From Christensenella sp. UBA6094 (lineage in GTDB: Bacteria > Bacillota > Clostridia > Christensenellales > UBA6094), in contig DIWY01000003.1 in assembly GCA_002435915.1 (NCBI GenBank), positions 73,369-137,368 of the forward strand: a stretch of DNA of 64,000 bases, read 5' to 3'. Every line of letters starts with the position of its first letter. The stretch's first letter is position 1. The position numbers and the translations under genes are program-made. The notes under the pieces are model-generated. The model ran no database searches, was not told where the DNA came from, and worked only from the letters and a program-made list of their open reading frames with translations. Shown piece after piece: positions 29,388 to 36,849 of this stretch.

Positions 29388-29898
29388 ATAAAACACAAGT
29401 GAGGTATAAGTATGGCAATAAAGAGTTATCCATATTCATCAGTAGATGGTGATAGAAAAATAACAGCCTCAGACGAGGCAAAGAGATTAGATTTAATAGC
29501 AGGTAGCGGAATAATATTCGACGTTTCTACGTCATTCGAGTGTTCAAAAGTAGCTGGAACTATGAACGTGAATGTATCGGCAGGTTCTGCGTTAGTAGCT
29601 GGGCATGCAATCATATCGGATTCTACAGAGACAGTCGAAATATCTGCAAGTGATTCGACATACTCCCGTATAGACGTTATAGCGCTCAAGAGCAATATAA
29701 ATACAGATATAAGAGCTGGGCGTATTGTAGTAATAAAAGGCACAGCAGCAGCAGCAATTCCAGTTGAGCCAGCGTTAAGCACTGAAGCAGGAGTCGTGCA
29801 GATAAAGCTAGCTAAGATACTGATCCCAGCAAGTGTAGCAAGTTTAAGCACAGCAACACTTACTGACTTGCGCACAGCATCAGTGGGTAAGCATAATC
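29388..29898 (+). repeat. RBP N-terminal module, direct repeat copy 3 of 3
   Basis: Roughly 90% identical to copies 1 and 2 (by eye). Shares the upstream AAACACAAGTGAGGTAT with copy 1. Confidence 0.85.
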
Positions 29899-30899
29899 AT
29901 TCGCAAGCTCATATTACAGATATGGTTAGTAATATGTATCAGAACGGTTTCGTTAATGGTGATATGCAAGTGTGGCAGATGGGGACAAGTATTGTACCAT
30001 CTGCAGCTAATAAATACTATACAGCGGATATGTGGAAGGCATATAGAGATGCTTATGATGCGAACCTCCATGTCGCACAAACCACTTACAATGGAAGTAT
30101 ACCTACTCATACATTACGAACTACAAGGGGTACAGGCGACACAGTAGTTACGCCTATTAGAATTGGGTACAATTTTACAACAGAAGAAAGTAAAAAGTAT
30201 AGGTTGAAAAAAGTAACAGTTTCATTTGTTTCAAAAATTGGTGCAGACGCGGCAGGAACATATGCCGCATATATAAACGCAGGAACAGGAACCGACCAAG
30301 ATATTATAACGGGATTCACTGGACAATCTATCCTAGCAACACTTTCGTTTACACCTACTACAACCAATCAAGTATTTACATTTACAACAAGCGCAGTTGT
30401 TGCGTTAGCGGTAAATCAATTAGCTTTTGTAGTTAAATACACACCATCCACAGCTACAGCAGGAGCAAACGACTATATAGAAATAACAAACTGCAATTGG
30501 AGTGCAACAGATTACTATGTGCTATTTTCACCAAAGAGTTTCTCTCAAGAGCTGAGAGATTGCATGATTTATTATGAAAAAAGTTTTTCATATGCCACTG
30601 CTATTGGCGCAAACACAGCGTATGGAATGTATAATCGTAGTGGAAGTAGTAATGCTCTTAACAATGTGCGTATTCATGTACCGTTTAAGGTTAATAAGAG
30701 GGCAACGCCAACCGTTGTGTTTTATACAACAACAGGTACAGTAGGCTCATGGAAATATGAACGCAACGGAGAAACAAGCACAGTTACGCCTGTTAATGAT
30801 TATACAAACGAAAATGCAATAGTCGCCTATATGGGCGTTGGGGCAGCATGGGTGGTGGCACTAGTACAAGGACACTGGGTGGCAGATGCACGAATATAA
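29412..30899 (+). CDS. Receptor-binding / tail-fibre protein, paralogue 4 (long unrelated ~330-aa C-terminal domain)
   Basis: Shares the N-terminal module. The C-terminus (NGFVNGDMQVWQMG...ADMW...) is unrelated to those of paralogues 2 and 3. Confidence 0.75.
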   Translation: MAIKSYPYSSVDGDRKITASDEAKRLDLIAGSGIIFDVSTSFECSKVAGTMNVNVSAGSALVAGHAIISDSTETVEISASDSTYSRIDVIALKSNINTDIRAGRIVVIKGTAAAAIPVEPALSTEAGVVQIKLAKILIPASVASLSTATLTDLRTASVGKHNHSQAHITDMVSNMYQNGFVNGDMQVWQMGTSIVPSAANKYYTADMWKAYRDAYDANLHVAQTTYNGSIPTHTLRTTRGTGDTVVTPIRIGYNFTTEESKKYRLKKVTVSFVSKIGADAAGTYAAYINAGTGTDQDIITGFTGQSILATLSFTPTTTNQVFTFTTSAVVALAVNQLAFVVKYTPSTATAGANDYIEITNCNWSATDYYVLFSPKSFSQELRDCMIYYEKSFSYATAIGANTAYGMYNRSGSSNALNNVRIHVPFKVNKRATPTVVFYTTTGTVGSWKYERNGETSTVTPVNDYTNENAIVAYMGVGAAWVVALVQGHWVADARI

Positions 30900-30912
30900 A
30901 AGGGGTGAGTAA

Positions 30913-31593
30913 ATGTTCGAATATATTATAGATAAAGAGCTAGTGTTTAAGGGCACCAAAAAGAGATTCACAAAATCTCCACAAAGAATTGTGCTACATC
31001 ATAGTGGCGCAAGTGCAGACCAAACAGTGGAGCAAATACATAACTATCATATAAATCATAATGGATGGCTAGGAATTGGTTACAATGCCCTTGTTGATAA
31101 AAACGGAAACGTGTTTTGGAGCAGAGGAATTGAATACGTTGGAGCACATTGTAAAGGATACAATGAGACAAGTGTTGGCATATGTGCTATTGGTAATATG
31201 GAGACGGGTCAAATGCCTGAGAAGCAGAAAACAAGCATAATTAAGCTTGTGCAAGATATAAAAACGTTCTACCCATCAATTACTACAGTCTGTGGACATA
31301 AAGAACTTGCGGCTACTGATTGCCCAGGTAAGAATTATCCACTTGAGGAAATCAAGAATTCTAAAGCACAAGCGATAGTTAAAGAGACTAAGCAGACATT
31401 AAAATTTGGTAGCCGTGGCAATGAAGTAAAAACGTTGCAACAAATGCTCATAAGCCATGGAGTTAACCCTGGTAAAGTTGATGGGATATTCGGAAAAAAC
31501 ACAGAGAAAGCAGTAAAAGAATTTCAAACTAAGGAAGGCATAGTGGTGGACGGTATAGTGGGCAAAATTTCATGGGGCAGATTGGGGGCGTAA
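30913..31593 (+). CDS. Endolysin: N-acetylmuramoyl-L-alanine amidase (Amidase_2/PGRP) with a C-terminal PG_binding_1 domain
   Basis: RIVLHHSGAS...GYNALVDKNG...GAHCKGYN...CGHKELAATDCPG in the catalytic part. The C-terminus carries LKFGSRGNEVKTLQQML...VDGIFGKNTEKAVKEFQ. Confidence 0.85.
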   Translation: MFEYIIDKELVFKGTKKRFTKSPQRIVLHHSGASADQTVEQIHNYHINHNGWLGIGYNALVDKNGNVFWSRGIEYVGAHCKGYNETSVGICAIGNMETGQMPEKQKTSIIKLVQDIKTFYPSITTVCGHKELAATDCPGKNYPLEEIKNSKAQAIVKETKQTLKFGSRGNEVKTLQQMLISHGVNPGKVDGIFGKNTEKAVKEFQTKEGIVVDGIVGKISWGRLGA

Positions 31594-31599
31594 CGCCAT

Positions 31600-31893
31600 A
31601 TGGTCGATAACATGGGTGAAAGGGTCAGGGCAGTCGAGGAGGGTCTTAAAGCTACAAAGGAAAGGCTTATTAAGGCTGAAGACATTATAGACACTATCCA
31701 TAAATTAACGATGAGCATTGACAGAATAGCAGGACAAGTTGATATGCAGAGCAAAGACATAGCAAATATGTCAGAAAGAATTAGTAGCATTGAGGATATA
31801 CCTAGAAGACGATGGAACGAAGTCGTAAAGACGCTGATCGCTTTGGGATTAGGTATGCTACTCGAATATTATTTAAAAAGAGGGGCAATTTAA
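31600..31893 (+). CDS. XhlA-like lysis-associated membrane protein
   Basis: 97 aa. N-terminal coiled coil plus a single C-terminal TM (VVKTLIALGLGMLLEYYL), as in Bacillus PBSX XhlA. Confidence 0.6.
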   Translation: MVDNMGERVRAVEEGLKATKERLIKAEDIIDTIHKLTMSIDRIAGQVDMQSKDIANMSERISSIEDIPRRRWNEVVKTLIALGLGMLLEYYLKRGAI

Positions 31894-32154
31894 ATGGATT
31901 TAATGTCGTATATAGTGAGTGAGGGGCTTATTTTGATACCGGTCTTATACTTGATCGGTATGGCTATAAAATCGACACCAAATATGCCAGATTGGTTGAT
32001 ACCATATATTTTAGGTGCGCTTGGGATAGTGGGTGCAGTTGCAATTTTGGGCATTAGTGTAAATTCGGTAATTCAAGGGATACTGGTAGCAGGAGCGGCA
32101 GTATACACTAACCAGACAATTAAGCAGATACAGCTCAAAGATACAGAGGAGTAA
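31894..32154 (+). CDS. Holin (two TM helices)
   Basis: 86 aa. Two hydrophobic helices plus a charged C-terminus. Abuts xhlA with no intergenic gap. Confidence 0.7.
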   Translation: MDLMSYIVSEGLILIPVLYLIGMAIKSTPNMPDWLIPYILGALGIVGAVAILGISVNSVIQGILVAGAAVYTNQTIKQIQLKDTEE

Positions 32155-32162
32155 GTAAAAAA

Positions 32163-32192
32163 GCGAGGCGACGTAAGTTGCCTCGCTTTTTT
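32163..32192 (+). terminator. Intrinsic terminator at the right end of the tail/lysis cluster
   Basis: GCGAGGC (32163-32169) pairs with GCCTCGC (32180-32186), followed by T6. Confidence 0.75.
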
Positions 32193-32361
32193 GCGTTTTA
32201 ATAGAAATTAAACCAATCCAAGATATGAAAATCTATTATAATACAAAATAAGAGTAAATCTGCTAAAAAACCAGAGAAAGCTCTCATTTTATTGTCACTT
32301 TATAGACATTTTTAAGATTTTTATGTTAAGCTATTTGTGGTAAATAATGAGGAGAAATTCA

Positions 32362-33654
32362 ATGGGAAACCTTAGTGGCTTATTAGATATAATTAAAAAT
32401 TATATTAAAAATAATAAAACTCTTGTGCTTGATAGTGTATGGGTTGGAATAGTCGCGGGCACAATAGCAGTTGCATACCGTTTTGTCATAACTTCTGCAG
32501 ATTTAATATTAAAAAATATCTGGGATTTTGCTCAAGGTAGCCCTATTTTAATTCTGTGTTGGTTCGTTGCACTTATAGTGCTAGGGCTAGTTGTCGGTAA
32601 GATCATCAAATGGGAGCCAATGATATCTGGCAGCGGCATCCCACAACTAAAAGCTGAGACGGAAGGAAGGCTTGATCCAAGCTGGCTTAGAGTAGTGATC
32701 GGCAAGTTTATTGGAGGCTTCTTGTGCATTTTAGGTGGATTATCACTCGGTCGTGCTGGCCCTTCAATACAGCTTGGTGCAATGTCAGGCAAAGGCGTTT
32801 CCAGAAAACTTAATAGAGGAATAGATGAAGAAAAACAGCTTATTAAATGCGGGGCATCAGCAGGACTTGCCGCAACGTTTAATACACCATTTGCAGGAGT
32901 AATATTTTCTATAGAGCAGTTGCAAAACAAATTTTCTTTATCAATATTTTTGCCACTACTTGTAGCAGCACTTGTGGCTGATTTTATATCTAAGATTGTT
33001 TTGGGTTCTAACACCATATTCCATTTTAAAGAAGGCGCAATTATGCCATTACAGTACTATTGGCTTCTTTTAGTACTTGGACTTATAATTGGAATACTTG
33101 GTGTGCTTAACGATAAAGCCACTATACTTGTAAAAAAAACATTTGATAAAATCACATGGATAAAACCTCAATATAGAATAATTATTCCATTCATATTGGC
33201 CGGATTAATAGGAATAGTTTTGCCGCAAATACTTGGCTGCGGAAGCACACTGATTTCACTCATCACAAGCGGAAACCTTACACTTAATATGCTTTTGCTT
33301 TTATTGGCAGCGAAATTTATATTCTCTATAATCTGCTTTGGCTCAGGAGCTCCTGGCGGAATGTTCTTTCCATTGCTTGTAATTGGAGCATATATTGGCA
33401 TAGTATACGGAACTTTGGTAGTTTCGCTTTTGGGGCTTGATCCAGCGCTTGTTTACAATTTTATAATTATTGCTATTGCTGGGTATTTTGCGGCGGTAGT
33501 ACGCACGCCTATTACAGCAATTATTCTTATCGCTGAAATGACAGGATCGATAACCAATGTGTTATCAATAACAATAGTTGCGGTTACTTCCTATTTGATC
33601 GCATATTTGATTAAACACGACTCAATAATGGATAGTTTATTGAAAGTCATGTAA
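32362..33654 (+). CDS. ClC-family chloride channel/transporter homologue
   Basis: ATG at 32362 follows GAGGAG. Motifs GSGIPQ, GRAGP (in place of GREGP) and GGMFFPLL. Confidence 0.85.
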   Translation: MGNLSGLLDIIKNYIKNNKTLVLDSVWVGIVAGTIAVAYRFVITSADLILKNIWDFAQGSPILILCWFVALIVLGLVVGKIIKWEPMISGSGIPQLKAETEGRLDPSWLRVVIGKFIGGFLCILGGLSLGRAGPSIQLGAMSGKGVSRKLNRGIDEEKQLIKCGASAGLAATFNTPFAGVIFSIEQLQNKFSLSIFLPLLVAALVADFISKIVLGSNTIFHFKEGAIMPLQYYWLLLVLGLIIGILGVLNDKATILVKKTFDKITWIKPQYRIIIPFILAGLIGIVLPQILGCGSTLISLITSGNLTLNMLLLLLAAKFIFSIICFGSGAPGGMFFPLLVIGAYIGIVYGTLVVSLLGLDPALVYNFIIIAIAGYFAAVVRTPITAIILIAEMTGSITNVLSITIVAVTSYLIAYLIKHDSIMDSLLKVM

Positions 33655-33790
33655 TTAATTAAAGTTTTTATAATAAACCAATTTAAAAAGATATAGAAAA
33701 TATAAAATATCATATAAATCATGGTTTATTACTTATATAAATGGGTATATATTATAAGCAAAAATATAATTGTAAAGGGCGGATAAAAAA

Positions 33791-34330
33791 ATGGCTAAGG
33801 TTAATACAGGAGAAAAAGCATTAGATTTTACTTTTAATACTCTAAACGAACAAGGATTAAAACTATCTGATGTAATCAAAAATGCAGACAAAACAGTTAT
33901 TCACTTTCTAAGATACTATGGTTGTACAGTTTGTCAATTAGACATTAGAGACTATGCTAAAAATATTAAATTAATAACAGACAAGAATGCTCAACTATTT
34001 GTTGTACTTCAAAGTAAGCCAGAAACAATTTTAGCATCTAAGGGTGAATTGGAATTGCCATTTGATATCATTTGTGACCCTGACCAAGAAATATACAAGT
34101 TATATGATATTGGCTCTTGGACTGATACAAAAGAAATTGTAAACGATGAATTAACTAAAAAAGGCGCAAGATGCAAAGAAGAAGGATTAGTTCATGGCGA
34201 ATACGAAGGCAATGAACAGCAACTTCCAGCACTTTTCATTATTAACAAAGATATGAATCTAGATTATGTTCTATATTCAAAGGATCTTACAAGCATACCT
34301 TCAGTTGAAAAGATTGCTGAGATGTTATAA
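33791..34330 (+). CDS. Peroxiredoxin-like (AhpC/TSA, PRX_like2-type) CxxC protein, paralogue 1 of 5
   Basis: 179 aa. Motifs FLRYYGCTVCQLD, PFDIICDPDQ, HGEYEGNEQQLPALFII. Confidence 0.7.
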   Translation: MAKVNTGEKALDFTFNTLNEQGLKLSDVIKNADKTVIHFLRYYGCTVCQLDIRDYAKNIKLITDKNAQLFVVLQSKPETILASKGELELPFDIICDPDQEIYKLYDIGSWTDTKEIVNDELTKKGARCKEEGLVHGEYEGNEQQLPALFIINKDMNLDYVLYSKDLTSIPSVEKIAEML

Positions 34331-34353
34331 GAATTCGTTTTCCGAGCACATAA

Positions 34354-34382
34354 AAGAGATTGTTTATACAATCTCTTTTTTA
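34354..34382 (+). terminator. Intrinsic terminator after paralogue 1
   Basis: AAGAGATTGT pairs with ACAATCTCTT, followed by a T-run. Confidence 0.7.
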
Positions 34383-34477
34383 ATTATAAATATTTAGAAC
34401 TATAAGAAAATAAGTGGTTAAACCTAGTGCTAATTGGGTAAATATTATGTATATTTTGAATAAAAGGAATGATTTAA

Positions 34478-35020
34478 ATGGCTAAGGTTAATACAGGTGA
34501 AATGGCTCTAGATTTTACGTTTGATACAGTTAAAGAAAATGGTCTGAAATTATCTGATGTAGTTAAAAATGCGGATACTACTATTGTTCATTTCCTAAGA
34601 TACTATGGTTGCCCTACTTGCCAATTGGATATTAGAGACTACATGAATTTATATGATGAAATAAAAAATAAGAACGCGCAAGTATATGTAGTTTTGCAAA
34701 GCAAACCACAGATAATTAAAGATGCTTTGGGAGAAGATGCATTACCATTTGACATCATTTGTGATCCTGACCAAGAAATATACAAGCTTTATGAGATTGG
34801 TTCATTAACTGACAGAAGCTTAGTAGACATGGACAAAATGAAGGACAAAATCGCAAAAATTCAAGAACTCGGAATAGAACATGGTGAATACGAAGGTAAC
34901 GAACAACAATTAACTGCAATCTTTATTATTGATAAAGATATGAATCTAAAACATGCTCAATATTCAGTTACTGTAACTGATATGCCTTCACCAAAAGAAG
35001 TTGTTGAAACATTAATATAA
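34478..35020 (+). CDS. Peroxiredoxin-like CxxC protein, paralogue 2 of 5
   Basis: 180 aa. YYGCPTCQ. Colinear with paralogue 1. Confidence 0.7.
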   Translation: MAKVNTGEMALDFTFDTVKENGLKLSDVVKNADTTIVHFLRYYGCPTCQLDIRDYMNLYDEIKNKNAQVYVVLQSKPQIIKDALGEDALPFDIICDPDQEIYKLYEIGSLTDRSLVDMDKMKDKIAKIQELGIEHGEYEGNEQQLTAIFIIDKDMNLKHAQYSVTVTDMPSPKEVVETLI

Positions 35021-35048
35021 TTAGAGATTAATAAAAGGGCTGATAAAA

Positions 35049-35588
35049 ATGGGTAAAGTAAAAGCAGGCGATAAAGCAATAGATTTCACATTTAATACAA
35101 TTGCTGAAACAGGTCTAAAGTTATCGGATGTAGTGAAAAACGCAGACACTACTATTGTACATTTTCTAAGATATTATGGCTGCACTACTTGCCAGTTGGA
35201 CATCCGAGATTACATGAAACTAACTGACAAAATTAAAGATAAGAATGCTCAGCTATACGTTGTTCTTCAAAGTAAGCCAGAAATAATTACTGCATCCATG
35301 GAAGAAGCGTTGCCGTTTGATATCATCTGTGACCCAGATCAACAGCTTTATAAGCTTTATGAAATAGGCTCATTAACTGATCCGAGTTTAATAGATATGG
35401 AAAAGAAGATGGCTAAGAGAGCTAGAGTTCAAGAGGCGGGCTTAGTACATGGCGAATATGAAGGCAATGAACAGCAGTTAACTGCTTTGTTCATTATGGA
35501 TAAAAACATGGTGCTAAAATATGCACAATATTCACTAAGTAACACAGATATGCCTTCATCAGATGAAGTAGTTGAGACATTAATATAA
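35049..35588 (+). CDS. Peroxiredoxin-like CxxC protein, paralogue 3 of 5
   Basis: 179 aa. YYGCTTCQ. 28 nt after paralogue 2. Confidence 0.7.
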   Translation: MGKVKAGDKAIDFTFNTIAETGLKLSDVVKNADTTIVHFLRYYGCTTCQLDIRDYMKLTDKIKDKNAQLYVVLQSKPEIITASMEEALPFDIICDPDQQLYKLYEIGSLTDPSLIDMEKKMAKRARVQEAGLVHGEYEGNEQQLTALFIMDKNMVLKYAQYSLSNTDMPSSDEVVETLI

Positions 35589-35613
35589 TTTTAATTGAAA
35601 AGGACTGACAAAA

Positions 35614-36156
35614 ATGGGCAAGGTAAAAACAGGCGAAAAAGCAATAGATTTTACGTTTAACACCGATAATAAGACTGGGCTAAAGTTGTCAGATGTAGTT
35701 AAGAATGCTGATAAGACTATCGTGCATTTTCTTAGATACTATGGCTGCCGTATTTGCCAATTGGACATTAGAGATTACGTAAAATTATATGATCAAATAA
35801 AAGCAAAGAATGCTCAGCTATTTATAGTATTGCAAAGCAAACCTCAAACAATCAAAAATGCTGCAACAGAAGTGGCGTTCCCGTTTGATATCATATGTGA
35901 CCCAGATCAAGAGTTATATAAGCTTTATGATATTGGTTCTATGACGGAGTCAACTGTTATGGACAAAGAAAAGATGGCGGCTGCATCTGCACGCATTCAA
36001 GCCTCAGGTCTAGTACATGGCGAATATGAAGGCAATGAGCAACAATTACCTGCAATCTTCATTTTAGATAAAGATATGAATGTTTTATATGATAAATATT
36101 CAGATAATTTAACTGACTTGCCTTCACCAGCTGAAGTTGTAGAAACATTAATATAA
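35614..36156 (+). CDS. Peroxiredoxin-like CxxC protein, paralogue 4 of 5
   Basis: 180 aa. YYGCRICQ. 25 nt after paralogue 3. Confidence 0.7.
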   Translation: MGKVKTGEKAIDFTFNTDNKTGLKLSDVVKNADKTIVHFLRYYGCRICQLDIRDYVKLYDQIKAKNAQLFIVLQSKPQTIKNAATEVAFPFDIICDPDQELYKLYDIGSMTESTVMDKEKMAAASARIQASGLVHGEYEGNEQQLPAIFILDKDMNVLYDKYSDNLTDLPSPAEVVETLI

Positions 36157-36235
36157 TCGCGTGATTAGAATGTATTTCTAATACTAAAAGGTTCACATGG
36201 ACACTTCAATAATATTTATTTTAGGAGTGGAAAAA

Positions 36236-36775
36236 ATGGCTAAAGTAAAAGTTTCGCAACAAGCATTAGATTTTACATTCGATACGCTTTATGAAAAAGG
36301 TCTAAAACTATCAGATGTAGTTAAGAACGCAGAAACGACTGTAATACACTTTTTAAGATATTACGGTTGTACTCTTTGTCAATTAGATATAAGAGAATAC
36401 ATAAAATCAGCTGAAGCTTTCAAAAAGAAGAATGCTCAATTGTTAATTGTTCTGCAAAGCGATCCAGAAATCATAAAAGAATCTCTTGGAGAAGAAACGT
36501 TACCATTCGATATTATTTGTGACCCAGATCAAGAGTTATATAAGCTTTATGACATTTGGTCCTTTAAAGGCAAATTATCACAGATAAGTCCGAAACTAAT
36601 CTCGAAAATGTTAAAGGCAAAGAAGCTTAACCTTGAGCATGGTAAGTTTGAAGGTAATGAAGAGCAACTTCCAGCATTATTTATTATAGATGCTGATATG
36701 AACATAAAGTATGCAAACTACCCAAATAACCTTGCTGGTATTCCGCCAGTGGAAGAGATACTGGAAATGATTTAG
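36236..36775 (+). CDS. Peroxiredoxin-like CxxC protein, paralogue 5 of 5
   Basis: The start MAKVKVSQQ at 36236 is parallel to the other paralogues (the ORF track starts at 36197). YYGCTLCQ. HGKFEGNEEQLPALFII. Confidence 0.7.
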   Translation: MAKVKVSQQALDFTFDTLYEKGLKLSDVVKNAETTVIHFLRYYGCTLCQLDIREYIKSAEAFKKKNAQLLIVLQSDPEIIKESLGEETLPFDIICDPDQELYKLYDIWSFKGKLSQISPKLISKMLKAKKLNLEHGKFEGNEEQLPALFIIDADMNIKYANYPNNLAGIPPVEEILEMI

Positions 36776-36793
36776 AAAATTTATCATATTAAC

Positions 36794-36830
36794 AAAAAGG
36801 AGTAGATATATTATATCTACTCCTTTTTGT
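36794..36830. terminator. Bidirectional terminator between the PRX-like array and the convergent ABC operon
   Basis: AAAAAGGAGTAGATATA pairs with TATATCTACTCCTTTTT in a long palindrome. Confidence 0.75.
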
Positions 36831-36849
36831 TAAAATACTATTGCATAGA

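Larger units (their letters stand above)
15262..32192. mobile_element. Prophage-derived, head-less siphovirus-type tail cluster; putative F-type phage-tail-like bacteriocin (tailocin) locus
   Basis: The gene content is a CI/S24 repressor, an early module, a complete non-contractile tail module, four RBP genes and a lysis cassette. No ORF has terminase, portal, capsid, integrase or replication features. Only a truncated scaffold-like ORF is present. Confidence 0.65.

Noticed and set aside
25369-29875. Long antisense ORFs mirrored on the minus strand of every RBP N-terminal module (25369..25899, 27228..27650, 28334..28756, 29426..29875).
   Set aside because: They recur only because the sense sequence is repeated. 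Their products are low-complexity (Ala/Ser/Ile-rich) with no RBS or start context. The plus-strand genes have strong RBSs, operon context and recognisable domains.
25205-30899. A diversity-generating retroelement or an invertase-driven shufflon acting on the RBP genes.
   Set aside because: No reverse transcriptase, template repeat or recombinase ORF lies in or next to the array. All repeats are direct rather than inverted. Variation is in whole C-terminal domains, not in adenine-specific point differences.
15262-32192. Interpretation as an intact inducible prophage.
   Set aside because: No integrase, replication, terminase, portal, capsid or connector ORFs are present. The element is about 17 kb and the only head-related gene is truncated.
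32193-32361. A fluoride riboswitch upstream of the ClC gene.
   Set aside because: The leader is AT-rich. It lacks the conserved GGCGAUGG...AACCGCC-type core as I remember it.
33791-36775. The periodic ~560-690-bp repetition as a possible CRISPR or other non-coding repeat array.
   Set aside because: Each unit is a full-length ORF with an RBS and a conserved protein sequence. The DNA identity is moderate and there is no short repeat/spacer structure. No CRISPR array was seen anywhere in the window.
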